From Alphaproteobacteria bacterium (GTDB taxonomy: Bacteria > Pseudomonadota > Alphaproteobacteria > GCA-2746255): a stretch of DNA of 64,000 nucleotides. The notes under the pieces are model-generated. The model saw only the letters and a program-made list of their open reading frames with translations, was not told the origin of the DNA and did no database searches. The stretch spans positions 1,568,001 through 1,632,000 of the forward strand of contig OZ252220.1 of assembly GCA_965249135.1 (NCBI GenBank), written 5' to 3'. The translations under genes and the position numbers were made by a program. Below are positions 1 through 10,060 of this stretch, one piece after another; within the stretch, counting starts at the first letter, position 1, and every line of letters starts with the position of its first letter.

Positions 1-50
1 TGAAGTGCGCGGGCGGCGGATGCGCGAAAGGCGTTCGAGGTGATCTCCAT
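1..50 (-). CDS. 5' end of probable LutB/LldF lactate utilization Fe-S protein (runs off window)
   Basis: ATG at 50 reads MEITSNAFRASAARAL, 3 nt after the lutA-like stop; call rests mainly on lutA-lutB synteny. Confidence 0.5.
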   Translation of the reverse strand, partial: MEITSNAFRASAARAL

Positions 51-53
51 GGA

Positions 54-851
54 TTAGTCCTCGGCCGGCTCGCCGGTGACCGGTTCGCCGATGGCCGGTC
101 CGTCATCGAGGCCGGCGAGGATTTCCGCCACATGGCGGACGCGCAAACGCGATCCGGACTCGCGAAGGGCGCCGGCCAGATGCAAAAGGCAGCCCAGATC
201 GCCGCCCACAAGCTCATCGGCGCCTGCCGCCTCGGCGGCCAGGCATTTGTCGGCGGCCAGGCGCTCGGAAATTTCCGGAAACTTCACACAGAAGGCCCCG
301 CCGAAGCCGCAGCAGACGTCGCGCTCGGCAAGCTCTTGAGGGGTGATCCCGGAAAGTTGGCGAAGCAGTTCACGCGGGGCGGCGCGAATGCCAAGCTCGC
401 GAAGGCCGGCGCAGGAATCGTGATAGACGACGCTACGCGTGCGCGCTTTCCCGGTTGCGCTCGAAAGTCGATCAAGACCGACGATCTCGCTTAAGAAAAC
501 CGTCAATTCATAGACCTTCTCGCCGAACGCCTTTGCACGATCGGCCAGTTCTGGCGGATCCGCCAGAAGTTCCGGCACGTGGCCACGAAGAATGGCGGCG
601 CAGGAGCCGGAAGGGGCGACGACGTAATCCACGTCCTCGAAGGCTTCAAGCGTTTGACGGGCAAGGGCGGCGGCATTTGCCCGATCGCCTGCATTGTAGG
701 CGGGCTGCCCGCAACAGGTCTGGCGTCTGGGCACGACGGCCTCGCAGCCGGCGTCCTCGAGGAGACGGGCGGCGGCAAAGCCCACTTGCGGGCGGACGAG
801 ATCGACGAGGCAGGTGACGAAGAGGCCTACGCGAACCCTTGGCGATGGCAT
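54..851 (-). CDS. lutA: LutA/YkgE-family CCG-domain Fe-S protein (lactate utilization)
   Basis: LFVTCLVD, QTCCGQPAYNAG, APSGSC, YHDSC, CCGFGG, DLGCLLH motifs. Confidence 0.85.
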   Translation of the reverse strand: MPSPRVRVGLFVTCLVDLVRPQVGFAAARLLEDAGCEAVVPRRQTCCGQPAYNAGDRANAAALARQTLEAFEDVDYVVAPSGSCAAILRGHVPELLADPPELADRAKAFGEKVYELTVFLSEIVGLDRLSSATGKARTRSVVYHDSCAGLRELGIRAAPRELLRQLSGITPQELAERDVCCGFGGAFCVKFPEISERLAADKCLAAEAAGADELVGGDLGCLLHLAGALRESGSRLRVRHVAEILAGLDDGPAIGEPVTGEPAED

Positions 852-972
852 CGAGGGGCCCCTTGAAATTGGATGAAATGGCGGCCGTCAAGAAGGCGTT
901 CTGCGCCGTTCAGCATGGGGGGAAGCGGGGGCAAAGGCAAGGCTGGCTGAGGGAAGCCCGCGCCGCGTGCGA

Positions 973-2085
973 TCAATCTTTCGGAAGCAGGAGGTAGTAG
1001 CTGCCTCTGACCTTCATCGAACCTGCGTTCCGTTCGGCTTCTTCGCCAACCCCCCAGAACAAATCCCCACGCACGGCGCCCTTGATCGCGCCGCCGGTGT
1101 CCTGGGCGACGACGAGACGGCGAAGCGGCTTTGACGCATCGAGCGGGGCGACCGTATCCAGCCAGACCGGCGCGCCCAAGGGAAGAAAGGCGCGGTCGAT
1201 GGCAAGGCTTCGTCCGGCCGTCAAGGGCACGCCGAGCGTTCCGATCGGGTCTTCCTCTTTCCGTTCCTGGAAGAAAACGAAGGAGGGGTTTCCTTCGAAG
1301 ATTTCTTGCATCTTCTTCGGATGGGCCGTGAGCCACTTGCGAAGGGCCGGCATCGAGGCTTCGTCTTTCGAAATTTCGCCGCGCGCGATCAACGCAGCCC
1401 CGATCGAGCGGTAGTCGTGGCCGTTCTTACCGGCGTAGTTGAGGTGAAGGATCGAGCCATCCTTCATCTCGACCCGGCCCGAGCCCTGGATATGGAGGAA
1501 GAATAGGTCCACCGGGTCGTCGACCCAAAGAAACTCCAGGCCCTTGCCTGCCAAGGCCCCGGCCTCGATCTCGGCGCGCGTCGCGTAAGGTTTGAGTTCG
1601 CCCCCCTCGGCGCGCCCGGCGATCACCCGTCCGCGCAACGAAGCGCGAAAGCGGCCCAGATCCACCATGACGAGATCGGCGGGCCGACCATAGACCGGGA
1701 TCCGGTAGCGTGCGTCCTTTTCCCGGGCGCCGCGAAGGGAGGCTTCGTAATAACCGGTGAAGAGGCCCGCACCCTTTCCACGGCCCAGAACGCGATGGGG
1801 CGTGAAGTGATCTTCGAAGAAACGCCGCGCGTGCGCCTCGTCAGCCAATGCCACGTGACCTGCTTTTTCGCAGACCTCCGCCCATTTTTTCGCGGTCTCG
1901 GCGCGCGCGACAAGACGGGGGCAGCCTTTGCGAAAGGCGTCTAAGCCTTCCTCAACGTGATCCTCCGCCCAACCGGGCAGGGATTTGAAGCCGACCGGTA
2001 TGAGCTGGAAGGGTGCCGGCGGTTCGGCCTCGCAGGCGATGAGCAGGAAAAGAACGAGGAAGAGAAGCGAGCGGGACGCGCGCAT
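973..2085 (-). CDS. mltA: Membrane-bound lytic murein transglycosylase A
   Basis: Lipobox LLIAC; FTGYYE, FFLHIQGSG, NPSFVFF, AQDTGGAIKG..GDLFWG (3D domain); start trimmed to MRASRS. Confidence 0.9.
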   Translation of the reverse strand: MRASRSLLFLVLFLLIACEAEPPAPFQLIPVGFKSLPGWAEDHVEEGLDAFRKGCPRLVARAETAKKWAEVCEKAGHVALADEAHARRFFEDHFTPHRVLGRGKGAGLFTGYYEASLRGAREKDARYRIPVYGRPADLVMVDLGRFRASLRGRVIAGRAEGGELKPYATRAEIEAGALAGKGLEFLWVDDPVDLFFLHIQGSGRVEMKDGSILHLNYAGKNGHDYRSIGAALIARGEISKDEASMPALRKWLTAHPKKMQEIFEGNPSFVFFQERKEEDPIGTLGVPLTAGRSLAIDRAFLPLGAPVWLDTVAPLDASKPLRRLVVAQDTGGAIKGAVRGDLFWGVGEEAERNAGSMKVRGSYYLLLPKD

Positions 2086-2089
2086 ACCC

Positions 2090-2788
2090 TCATGCCGGTC
2101 CGTGGGTGGCAACCAGCATCCAGTTGGGATTCCGCGAACGAAGATCGCGCTCGAACGTCCAGGTATCGGTCACCGAGCGCACGGTGTTCGGATCGCCTTC
2201 GACGATGGCGCCGTCTTTCTCCCGCGTGAACTTGATCTGCTCGGAAAGAAAGCGCACGGCGATCCGCCCAACGCCACCTTGGTAGACGACATCCGTCACT
2301 TCAGCATCCGAAATTCCGGTGATCGTCACTTCAAGTGTTTCGTGCTTGGCCTTGCGCGCATCGATGGCGGCGGCAAAGCGCGAGAAGACTTCCTTGCTGA
2401 GAAGGGAGCGGAGCGCGTCCTTGTCGCCTTTCGCAAAGGCGCCGACCACCATCTCGAAGGCGACGCGGGCGCCGACCAGAAACTCTTCGGCGCTGAAATT
2501 GCGATCCTTCTTTTGCATGGCATCAAAAGCCTGGGCGAGGGGGGATTGAGACGAGGCCGCGGTGCGGGCCGGCGCTTCGCTTTCGGCGTTCCGGTCCGGC
2601 AGGCGAATCACCTTGTCTTCCCTTGGCTCGCGCTTCGCATGGGTAGGCTCTTCCTCCCTTCCGCGCAGCGTCCAGGAAGAAGACGGCGGGCGGCGGTCCA
2701 GCCCGCTGCGGCGGCCAAGCACGCTCCACAGCCGGAAAACCAGGAAAGCCGCGATGGCGGCAAAAAAGAGAATGTCGATGAACTGCAA
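2090..2788 (-). CDS. Tim44/TimA-like domain protein
   Basis: N-terminal TM then SVLGRR; FLVGARVAFEMVV; D.WTFER..PNW; usual position between fxsA and mltA. Confidence 0.85.
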   Translation of the reverse strand: MQFIDILFFAAIAAFLVFRLWSVLGRRSGLDRRPPSSSWTLRGREEEPTHAKREPREDKVIRLPDRNAESEAPARTAASSQSPLAQAFDAMQKKDRNFSAEEFLVGARVAFEMVVGAFAKGDKDALRSLLSKEVFSRFAAAIDARKAKHETLEVTITGISDAEVTDVVYQGGVGRIAVRFLSEQIKFTREKDGAIVEGDPNTVRSVTDTWTFERDLRSRNPNWMLVATHGPA

Positions 2789-2958
2789 GGCTCAAGCCTC
2801 TCCCGAACCTGCAAGGCGGGGTCTTCCCGATACGCCTCAAAGAAGGTTCGCCGGGCGCACTCAATCGGGCGGCCCTTCCGACGGTATATGTATATATAGG
2901 CGCTTCCTTACCAGCTTGTATATTCTTGTGAAAACTTTGCAAGCTGGCATCGAAGCAG

Positions 2959-3444
2959 ATGATTCCATTCCTTTTTTTCTTGTTCCTCGTCACCCCGCTC
3001 GTCGAGATCGCCGTCTTCATCGAGGTCGGCGGCGCCCTTGGCCTCTGGCCGACGCTAGCGATCGTCATCCTGACCGCGATGCTGGGCACGGCGCTCTTCC
3101 GGATCCAGGGCCTCAGCGTGCTTCGCCAGGCCCAGGCCAGCCTCGGGGCGAATCATTTTCCGGCCCATGCGGTGTTCGACGGCCTTTGCCTGCTGGTGGC
3201 GGGCGCGCTCTTGATCACGCCTGGATTCGTCACGGATGGCCTTGGATTCCTGCTATTCCTGCCCCCTTTCCGCGCCTTCCTCCGTGGCCTCATTGCAAGG
3301 CGTCTTTTGCACTTGGGCCGAATTCAGGCCGGGCCCGGGGAGCCGGACGCGGGCGGCGGGACCATCGAGGGCGTCTACCGGGGGGTCCGAGAAGAAGAGA
3401 CGGCAAAGCCTCGGGAGGGGCCCGATCCCAAGGAGGGCGGATGA
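2959..3444 (+). CDS. fxsA: FxsA family membrane protein
   Basis: PLVEIAVFIEVG, LLITPGFVTD..G motifs; next to secB. Confidence 0.88.
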   Translation: MIPFLFFLFLVTPLVEIAVFIEVGGALGLWPTLAIVILTAMLGTALFRIQGLSVLRQAQASLGANHFPAHAVFDGLCLLVAGALLITPGFVTDGLGFLLFLPPFRAFLRGLIARRLLHLGRIQAGPGEPDAGGGTIEGVYRGVREEETAKPREGPDPKEGG

Positions 3445-3515
3445 GGGTCAACCCGGTTGTCCATGGTGACGATCCGTGTTAGCCACTTGCCTGCCTGGCC
3501 CAAGGGAGTGCGACC

Positions 3516-4022
3516 ATGCGTGACAACGGATCCAAGAATCCAACCGAAGCGCCCGCGTCTGGCGGAGCCACCGCCCAGCAAGGGACACCGCTCACGATTC
3601 GCGGCCAGTACATCCGGGACCTTTCCTTCGAGATTCCCAGGGCGCCGGAGAGCATTTCGAGCCTCACCCAGGCCCCGAACGTGGACATCAACATCGAGGT
3701 CGCCACCCGGGATCTGCAGGAGGATACCTATGAAGTCACGCTCGGCGTACGTTGCGAGGCGAAGACGGAAGCGGAATCGATTTTTATTCTCGAGCTCACC
3801 TATGCCGGCGTATTTACGCTCACGAACCTGGCGGAAGAGCATCTGAAGCCGGCCCTTTACATCGAGTGTCCGCGCTATCTCTTTCCTTTCGTACGCAGCA
3901 TCGTTGCAGGCCTTACCCAGGAAAGCAGCCTGCCGCCGATGTTGATCAACCCGGTTGACTTCGCGGCCCTTTACCGTGCGCGCTATCAGGGTGAGCAGCA
4001 GGGGGCGGGCGCCGCCTCTTAA
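3516..4022 (+). CDS. secB: Protein-export chaperone SecB
   Basis: QYIRDLSFE.P, YAGVF, ECPRYLFPF, PPMLINPVDF. Confidence 0.93.
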   Translation: MRDNGSKNPTEAPASGGATAQQGTPLTIRGQYIRDLSFEIPRAPESISSLTQAPNVDINIEVATRDLQEDTYEVTLGVRCEAKTEAESIFILELTYAGVFTLTNLAEEHLKPALYIECPRYLFPFVRSIVAGLTQESSLPPMLINPVDFAALYRARYQGEQQGAGAAS

Positions 4023-4035
4023 ACGATCTTCACCT

Positions 4036-4710
4036 TCACGATTCCCAAATCGGGTCTTTCAGCCGAGTGAGAAGCGTCGCATGGGCAATGCCCTCTTCTT
4101 CCGTCGGCTTATGGGGCCGCGGTTCGCGGGAAGACTTCTCGGGGTCCGTTATCCGGTGTGTGGCCTTTGCCTCGGCAACGGTCAGGCTCAATCCCGGTTC
4201 CCGTCCGCCGACGAGTTCGAGATAGACCTCGGCCAGAAGCGCACTATCAAGCAGCGCACCATGTTTTTCACGCTCGGAATTGTCAACACCGAAACGCTTG
4301 CACAGCGCATCCAGAGAAGCAGGCGCGCCCGGGAATCGCTGGCGCGCGAGCATGAGCGTGTCGATGCAACGCTCTGATTCGAGAGCGGGCAGGCTTAAGC
4401 GCGCCAGCTCGGCGTTCAGAAACGCCAGATCGAATTCCGCGTTGTGGATGACGAGCGGCGCATCGCCGATGAAGGTCAGGAAGTCATCCGCCAGATCGGC
4501 AAAGACCGGATGGCGGCTCAAGAAGTCCTCGGTCAGCCCGTGGATCTGGACGACCTCTTCCGGTATTCCGCGTTCTGGATTCACGTAGCGGTGAAAATGA
4601 TTGCCCGTCGGAATGTGGTTGACGAGTTCTATGCAGCCGATCTCGACGATGCGATGGCCGGCCGAGGGACTTAAGCCCGTTGTTTCCGTATCGAGCGCGA
4701 TCTGACGCAT
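4036..4710 (-). CDS. dnaQ: DNA polymerase III epsilon subunit
   Basis: LDTETTG, HNAEFD, HGALLD exonuclease motifs. Confidence 0.95.
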   Translation of the reverse strand: MRQIALDTETTGLSPSAGHRIVEIGCIELVNHIPTGNHFHRYVNPERGIPEEVVQIHGLTEDFLSRHPVFADLADDFLTFIGDAPLVIHNAEFDLAFLNAELARLSLPALESERCIDTLMLARQRFPGAPASLDALCKRFGVDNSEREKHGALLDSALLAEVYLELVGGREPGLSLTVAEAKATHRITDPEKSSREPRPHKPTEEEGIAHATLLTRLKDPIWES

Positions 4711-4733
4711 CGTTTTTTCCTATTCCGCTGGGC

Positions 4734-5354
4734 CTATTCCGTTGGGCTATCTTTTCGTCTTCGAATCAGTCTGACAATTTCCCGAAGCGCGTTCAACGTA
4801 TGATGATGCCCCATGCCCGTCGGCACGACAAAATCGGCACGTTTCCGTTTCTCGGCATCCGGCGTCTGCTGAGCCAGGATGGCGTGAAGCTTGGTCGCCG
4901 TCATGCCGGCGCGCCGAAGCACGCGCGCCTCCTGAACGAAGGAAGGCGCCGTCACGACGATTGTGAAATCGCAGCGGTGTTCGGCTCCGCTTTCGAAAAG
5001 AAGCGGAATTTCGAGCACGGCGAGGTCTGCGCGCCCGGCGGCGGCACGCATAAGAAAGCGCCGTTCCGCCGCATGCACGAGAGGATGGACGATTTCTTCA
5101 AGCCTATGCAGGCTTTCCGGCTCCTCGAAGACGCGTTCCGCCAGGCCTTCCCGATCAAGGGCGCCTTTCTTCACGAGACCGGGAAAGGCCTTCGAAATTT
5201 TCGGAAGCGCGGCACCGCCGGGGCCTTGTAATTCATGAACGACGGCATCCGCGTCGAAGACGGGAAGGCCGAGATGCCGCAACATCTTGGCTGCGGTCGT
5301 CTTGCCCATGCCGATCGACCCGGTAAGCCCGATGACGACCATGCCGTGATTCAT
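4734..5354 (-). CDS. coaE: Dephospho-CoA kinase
   Basis: GLTGSIGMGKT P-loop, DAD, EIPLLFE; ATGA overlap with aroE stop. Confidence 0.93.
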   Translation of the reverse strand: MNHGMVVIGLTGSIGMGKTTAAKMLRHLGLPVFDADAVVHELQGPGGAALPKISKAFPGLVKKGALDREGLAERVFEEPESLHRLEEIVHPLVHAAERRFLMRAAAGRADLAVLEIPLLFESGAEHRCDFTIVVTAPSFVQEARVLRRAGMTATKLHAILAQQTPDAEKRKRADFVVPTGMGHHHTLNALREIVRLIRRRKDSPTE

Positions 5355-6220
5355 CCGCCCAAATCCTTGCCAACGTAAGCGCGGAGTTCCGGGGTAACCT
5401 GTGGGTCGACGTCGCCCTCTTTCGCCCCTTTTCCGAACCACATCCGAAAGCCCGGCCGCGCCTGGTGAAGCAGCATACCAAGGCCATCGACGGTGGGATT
5501 GCCTCGCGCCTTGGCCGCCTTAAGAAGCGGTGTTTCCAGGGGTGTGTAGACGATGTCGGTGACGACGGCTTGTTTAGGTAGCTTCTCAAGATCGAGCTCC
5601 AAGGGCGGCTTTTCATTCATGCCAAGGGTCGTCGCATTGACGAGCAGGCTGGCGCCGGTGAGCGCTTCGGTGCGTGCCTCCCAGGCGTAAATCTCGATGG
5701 AACCGCCAAGCGCCGCGACGAGGGCGGCCGCGTGTTTGTCCGTCCGGTTTACGAGCCGCATTTCGCTCACTCCATGATCGAGAAGGGCGGCTACGATCGC
5801 CCGCGCGGCGCCCCCCGCCCCGATGACGACGGCCGGCCCCAAGCTGGCCTGCCAGCCTGGCGCGCCGTCGTGAAGGTTCTCCAGAAAACCAAAGCCATCC
5901 GTGTTCGTCGCCGCAAGCATGCCGTCGGCTTGTACCGTTACCGTGTTGACCGCACCGATCCGTTCGGAAAACGCATCCGCCTCATCAACGATGGCAAGGG
6001 CAGCCTCCTTATGGGGCGTCGTCAGATTGACGCCGACGAAACCCAAGAGTGGCAGCGTGCGGAGCGCCGCCTCCAGACTCTCCGGGTGCACCGGCAGCGG
6101 AATGTAGGCGCCATCGATTCCGTAATGCTTCAGCCAATAGCCGTGAAGCAACGGCGAGCGGGAATGGGCGACCGGCCAGCCCATCACGCCGGCGAGAAGT
6201 GCCTTTCCGGTGACGCTCAT
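5351..6220 (-). CDS. aroE: Shikimate dehydrogenase
   Basis: HSRSP, GAVNT, NTDGFGF, GAGGAAR, DGLGMLLHQA. Confidence 0.95.
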   Translation of the reverse strand: MSVTGKALLAGVMGWPVAHSRSPLLHGYWLKHYGIDGAYIPLPVHPESLEAALRTLPLLGFVGVNLTTPHKEAALAIVDEADAFSERIGAVNTVTVQADGMLAATNTDGFGFLENLHDGAPGWQASLGPAVVIGAGGAARAIVAALLDHGVSEMRLVNRTDKHAAALVAALGGSIEIYAWEARTEALTGASLLVNATTLGMNEKPPLELDLEKLPKQAVVTDIVYTPLETPLLKAAKARGNPTVDGLGMLLHQARPGFRMWFGKGAKEGDVDPQVTPELRAYVGKDLGG

Positions 6221-6819
6221 CGATCCAACACCTCGCAACCCCGCAAAAAATCGAGCAGCGGCAAAAGGGGCAACCCCAGAATCGTGAAATAGTCGCCGTT
6301 GACGCGCGAGAATAACTGCACGCCGCGCCCTTCCAACTGATAGGCGCCGACCGATCGGAGCGCCTCGTCGCCCATGGCCGCAAGGTAGGCGTCCAGAAAA
6401 GCCTCGCTGAAGGGGCGCATTTCGAGCGTCACCCGACCAATATGATGCCACAGCCTCGCTCCTTCCTTTACCACGACCGTGCAGCCGATGAGGTCGTGGG
6501 CGCGACCACGAAGCGAGCCAAGCTGGGCGCGGGCCTGGTCGAGATTTGCCGGTTTATCGAAACGCTTGCCCTCGCATTCGAGCATCTGATCCGCACCGAC
6601 CACAAAGGCGTCCGGAAAGCGGCGGGAGACGTGTTGCGCCTTGAGAAACGCCAAGGCTTCGGTCACCGCCTCGACGGGCTCGGCCCGCATGCCTAGCTTT
6701 ACTTCTGCTTCGTCCACATGGGCCGGCTCGACCTCGAAAACGACGCCGGCCTCGCGAAGCAGGCGGGCGCGAACCTGGCTTGCCGAGGCAAGCACGACGC
6801 GTTTTCCCGGATCAGGCAT
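6217..6819 (-). CDS. maf: Maf-family nucleoside triphosphate pyrophosphatase
   Basis: VLASAS, GADQ, KP, GAYQLEG, TILGLPL. Confidence 0.92.
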   Translation of the reverse strand: MPDPGKRVVLASASQVRARLLREAGVVFEVEPAHVDEAEVKLGMRAEPVEAVTEALAFLKAQHVSRRFPDAFVVGADQMLECEGKRFDKPANLDQARAQLGSLRGRAHDLIGCTVVVKEGARLWHHIGRVTLEMRPFSEAFLDAYLAAMGDEALRSVGAYQLEGRGVQLFSRVNGDYFTILGLPLLPLLDFLRGCEVLDR

Positions 6820-7639
6820 GGCGGGCGGGCTTTCGCCGCTCGGCATAGAGCTGCAGGATCGCCGAGGCCGTCTCCTCGACGGAGCGCCGCGTGACATTGA
6901 TGACGGGCCATTCGCGTTCAGTAAAGAGTCGCCGGGCATCCAGCATTTCGTCCCGCACCTTCTCGAAATCCGCGTAACCATCCGGGGCGCCTGCCTGAGG
7001 CAAGCGTGATTGACGCGCTTCGACCAGACGCGCCGGGTCCATCGTAAGACCCACCACGAGCGGTTGCGTCGCCCTATCGATCGCGTCTATCAGCGGCGAG
7101 CCTGGTACGATCGGTACGTTTGCCGCCCGAATTCCCCGGTTCGCAAGGTAAACGCATGTCGGGGTCTTCGATGTCCGCGACACGCCGACGAGCACAATAT
7201 CCGCATTATCCAAATCCCACACATGCTGCCCATCATCATGGAGAAGTGTGAAGTTCATGGCGTCGATCCGCTGGTAATATTTCTCGTCCAGTGCATGCTG
7301 GCGACCGGGTTGATCTTTGCTCTCCACCCCAAAAAAACCACGAAGCGCGCCCATGACCGGATCCAGCGCCGGGATACATGGAATCTTCAACCGCTCGCAG
7401 CCCTCTTCCAGGGCTTCACGAAGGGCTGCATTCACCAAGGTAAAGAGGACAATGCCCCGATCCGATTCGACTGCATCAAGGACGCGTTGAATCTGTGACT
7501 GCGTACGAATAAGAAACCAAGCACGCTCTTCGATGGTGACGTCTTCGAATTGAACAAGGCAGGCGCGCACGATGCTGTTGATCGTCTCACCTGTTGCATC
7601 CGACACGAGATGAAGGTGGAAGTTTTTTACCGAAGCCAT
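6812..7639 (-). CDS. Pyruvate, phosphate/water dikinase regulatory protein (DUF299, PSRP)
   Basis: VSDATGET, HDDG, GVSRTSKTPT..YLA, SVEETA. Confidence 0.92.
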   Translation of the reverse strand: MASVKNFHLHLVSDATGETINSIVRACLVQFEDVTIEERAWFLIRTQSQIQRVLDAVESDRGIVLFTLVNAALREALEEGCERLKIPCIPALDPVMGALRGFFGVESKDQPGRQHALDEKYYQRIDAMNFTLLHDDGQHVWDLDNADIVLVGVSRTSKTPTCVYLANRGIRAANVPIVPGSPLIDAIDRATQPLVVGLTMDPARLVEARQSRLPQAGAPDGYADFEKVRDEMLDARRLFTEREWPVINVTRRSVEETASAILQLYAERRKPARHA

Positions 7640-7955
7640 GTGGAATTCATTGTATCAATTGTGAGCATCTGCCGTTTTTCATACACCTGACTGAATCCAT
7701 CCTCGTTTCTCATTTTTCCTTATAGGATATTTTAACACTGGGATAACGTTATCCACGCCCGTTTGAAACACCAATCAAAGAAAACCGCCTCGGGAGATAG
7801 GCTGGCTTCGGGCGGTTTCTTCTTTTGTCTCTCTGTGGAGCGTATACAGGAGAACCCATAATCCCCTATTTTTTCTCCCCCACTACCACCACTACCTTCT
7901 TTAAGACTCTTATATAGATGAAGAAGAAGTAGCCTCAGTACCCGCGAATGAGTCC
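7640..7955. other. Probable chromosomal replication origin (oriC)
   Basis: AT-rich gap between DUF299 and hemE, the known Caulobacter/Rickettsia/rhizobial origin position; DnaA-like box TTATCCACG 7749-7757; GANTC at 7693, 7905 and 7950; AT-rich tract ~7895-7930; flanking genes diverge. Confidence 0.8.
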
Positions 7956-8999
7956 TTGGAAATACTGAAGTCCGCAAAACCACTGCTTCGAGCGTTAGGT
8001 GGAGAGGTTATCACACCGCCGCCGGTCTGGCTTATGCGACAAGCGGGACGTTATCTTCCGGAATATCGGGAGCTGCGAAGCCAGGCAGGAACGTTCCTGG
8101 ATTTTTGCTATACCCCGGAGCTTGCGGTTGAGGCGACGTTGCAACCAATCCGGCGCTTTTCTCTGGATGGGGCAATTGTCTTTTCGGACATCCTCGTGGT
8201 ACCGGATGCGCTTGGCCAGGACGTCACCTTTACCGAGGGCAGGGGGCCTAGGCTCGATCCCTTAAGAACGGCTGAAGATTTGAAGGGGCTGAAGCAAGGG
8301 GGCATGGAGGCAAAACTTCAGCCGGTTTATGAGACGATTGCACGGCTTCGCAGGGCGCTTGCACCGGAGATTGCCTTGATCGGTTTTGTCGGCGCGCCCT
8401 GGACGCTTGCCGCTTACATGATTGAGGGAGAGATAAGCCACGACTTTTTGAGGGCAAGGCGCTGGGCAGAAACGGAACCGGGGTCCTTTGCCAAACTTCT
8501 GGATATTCTCATCGATGCCACCTCCCAACATCTGATTCGTCAGATTAAAGCCGGCGCCGATGCCGTCCAGATATTCGACAGTTGGGCCGGCGTGCTTTCA
8601 CCGGGGGCGTTTGAGGCGTATGGGCTCAGACCAACCCAAGCGATCGTTCGAAATTTGCGGGCCACCGTCCCACAAGCGCCGGTGATCGGCTTTCCACGCG
8701 GCATCGATGCGCTCTACAAGGACTATGCCGAACGAAGCGGGGTAGATGGCGTTAGCATCGATACCGCCACCTCCCCGCAATGGGCGGCAGTGGAGCTCCA
8801 GACGAAGGTTTGCATCCAGGGAAACCTGGACCCAGGGGCGCTGGTCGAGGGTGGGAAATGGATGCATGAAGAAACGATGCGAATTCTCAGGGCCCTGGGA
8901 TCGGGCCCCTTCGTCTTTAACCTTGGCCACGGCGTCGTCCCGGAAACGCCGCTGGAGCACGTATCGGAACTTTTGGGAATCGTCCGGAGCGCCGTTTGA
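7956..8999 (+). CDS. hemE: Uroporphyrinogen decarboxylase
   Basis: PVWLMRQAGRYLPEY, FSDIL, QIFDSW, QGNLDP, NLGHG; TTG start. Confidence 0.96.
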   Translation: MEILKSAKPLLRALGGEVITPPPVWLMRQAGRYLPEYRELRSQAGTFLDFCYTPELAVEATLQPIRRFSLDGAIVFSDILVVPDALGQDVTFTEGRGPRLDPLRTAEDLKGLKQGGMEAKLQPVYETIARLRRALAPEIALIGFVGAPWTLAAYMIEGEISHDFLRARRWAETEPGSFAKLLDILIDATSQHLIRQIKAGADAVQIFDSWAGVLSPGAFEAYGLRPTQAIVRNLRATVPQAPVIGFPRGIDALYKDYAERSGVDGVSIDTATSPQWAAVELQTKVCIQGNLDPGALVEGGKWMHEETMRILRALGSGPFVFNLGHGVVPETPLEHVSELLGIVRSAV

Positions 9000-10033
9000 T
9001 GGGAAAAACCGCCGTCGTTCTTTTCAATCTGGGCGGGCCGGATAAGCAGGAAGCGGTCGAGCCGTTCCTGTTCAACCTTTTCCATGACCGGGCCATTCTT
9101 CGCCTACCCCAACCCTTGCGCTACTTCTTGGCGCGCCTGATTTCAAAGCGCCGTGCGCCGGTTGCCCGAGAGATTTATGCCCAACTCGGCGGCGGCTCGC
9201 CGATCCTGTCCCCAACCCAAGCACAGGCAACGGCCCTTGAAACCGAACTCGCCACCCACGGGGAAGCCCGCGAATATCGCGTCTTCATCGCCATGCGTCA
9301 CTGGCACCCGATGAGCGCGGAAACGGCCGCCGCGGTGAAGGCTTGGTCGCCGGACGACGTCGTGCTGCTGCCGCTCTACCCGCAATTCTCCACGACGACG
9401 AGCGCGTCTTCGCTTGCGGCATGGAAGAAGGCAGCGGCGAAGGCGGGGGTCCTTGCTCCTGCCTATGCGGTCTGCTGCTATCCGCTGGCCGCCGGATTTT
9501 GCCGGGCCGTCGCAAAACTTCTTGGCGAAACGCTTGAAAAAGAAGGCGGAAGACCACGCGTCCTTTTCTCGGCTCATGGATTACCGAAGAAGATCGTGGC
9601 AGCGGGAGACCCGTACGAATGGCAGGTGAACGAGGCGGTAAAGAGGGTTATCGCGGAACTTAAACAACCCGAGTTTGATTGGGCGATCTGTTACCAAAGC
9701 AGGGTCGGACCACTGGAATGGATCGGCCCCTCGCTCGATGACGAAATCGCGCGTGCCGCGAAGGACCGCGTGCCGGTCGTGATCGTTCCGATTGCCTTCG
9801 TGTCGGAGCATTCCGAAACGCTTGTCGAGCTCGATATTCAATACCGCGAGATTGCAGCCGCTGAAGGCGTTCCAGGTTATGCGCGCGTAGCAACGGTGGG
9901 CAGCGCGCCGGATTTCATCCACGGGCTTGCCGAGCTTGTATCGCAGGCGCGCGAACGCAAGCGCGCCCTTGAGTCCGAAACCGGTACGCGCATTTGCCCG
10001 GAGAATTTTTTAGGATGTCCAAACCGCAGCTAA
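8999..10033 (+). CDS. hemH: Ferrochelatase
   Basis: NLGGP, LPLYPQFS, FSAHGLP, YQSRVGP, FVSEHSETL.ELD. Confidence 0.96.
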   Translation: MGKTAVVLFNLGGPDKQEAVEPFLFNLFHDRAILRLPQPLRYFLARLISKRRAPVAREIYAQLGGGSPILSPTQAQATALETELATHGEAREYRVFIAMRHWHPMSAETAAAVKAWSPDDVVLLPLYPQFSTTTSASSLAAWKKAAAKAGVLAPAYAVCCYPLAAGFCRAVAKLLGETLEKEGGRPRVLFSAHGLPKKIVAAGDPYEWQVNEAVKRVIAELKQPEFDWAICYQSRVGPLEWIGPSLDDEIARAAKDRVPVVIVPIAFVSEHSETLVELDIQYREIAAAEGVPGYARVATVGSAPDFIHGLAELVSQARERKRALESETGTRICPENFLGCPNRS

Positions 10034-10060
10034 GAATGGACCGCGCAGGAAGGAACGGCG

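Noticed and set aside
7778-7822. Hairpin AAGAAAACCGCC...GGCGGTTTCTT in the origin region as terminator or sRNA
   Set aside because: Long imperfect loop and no gene ends here; not supportable beyond an imperfect inverted repeat
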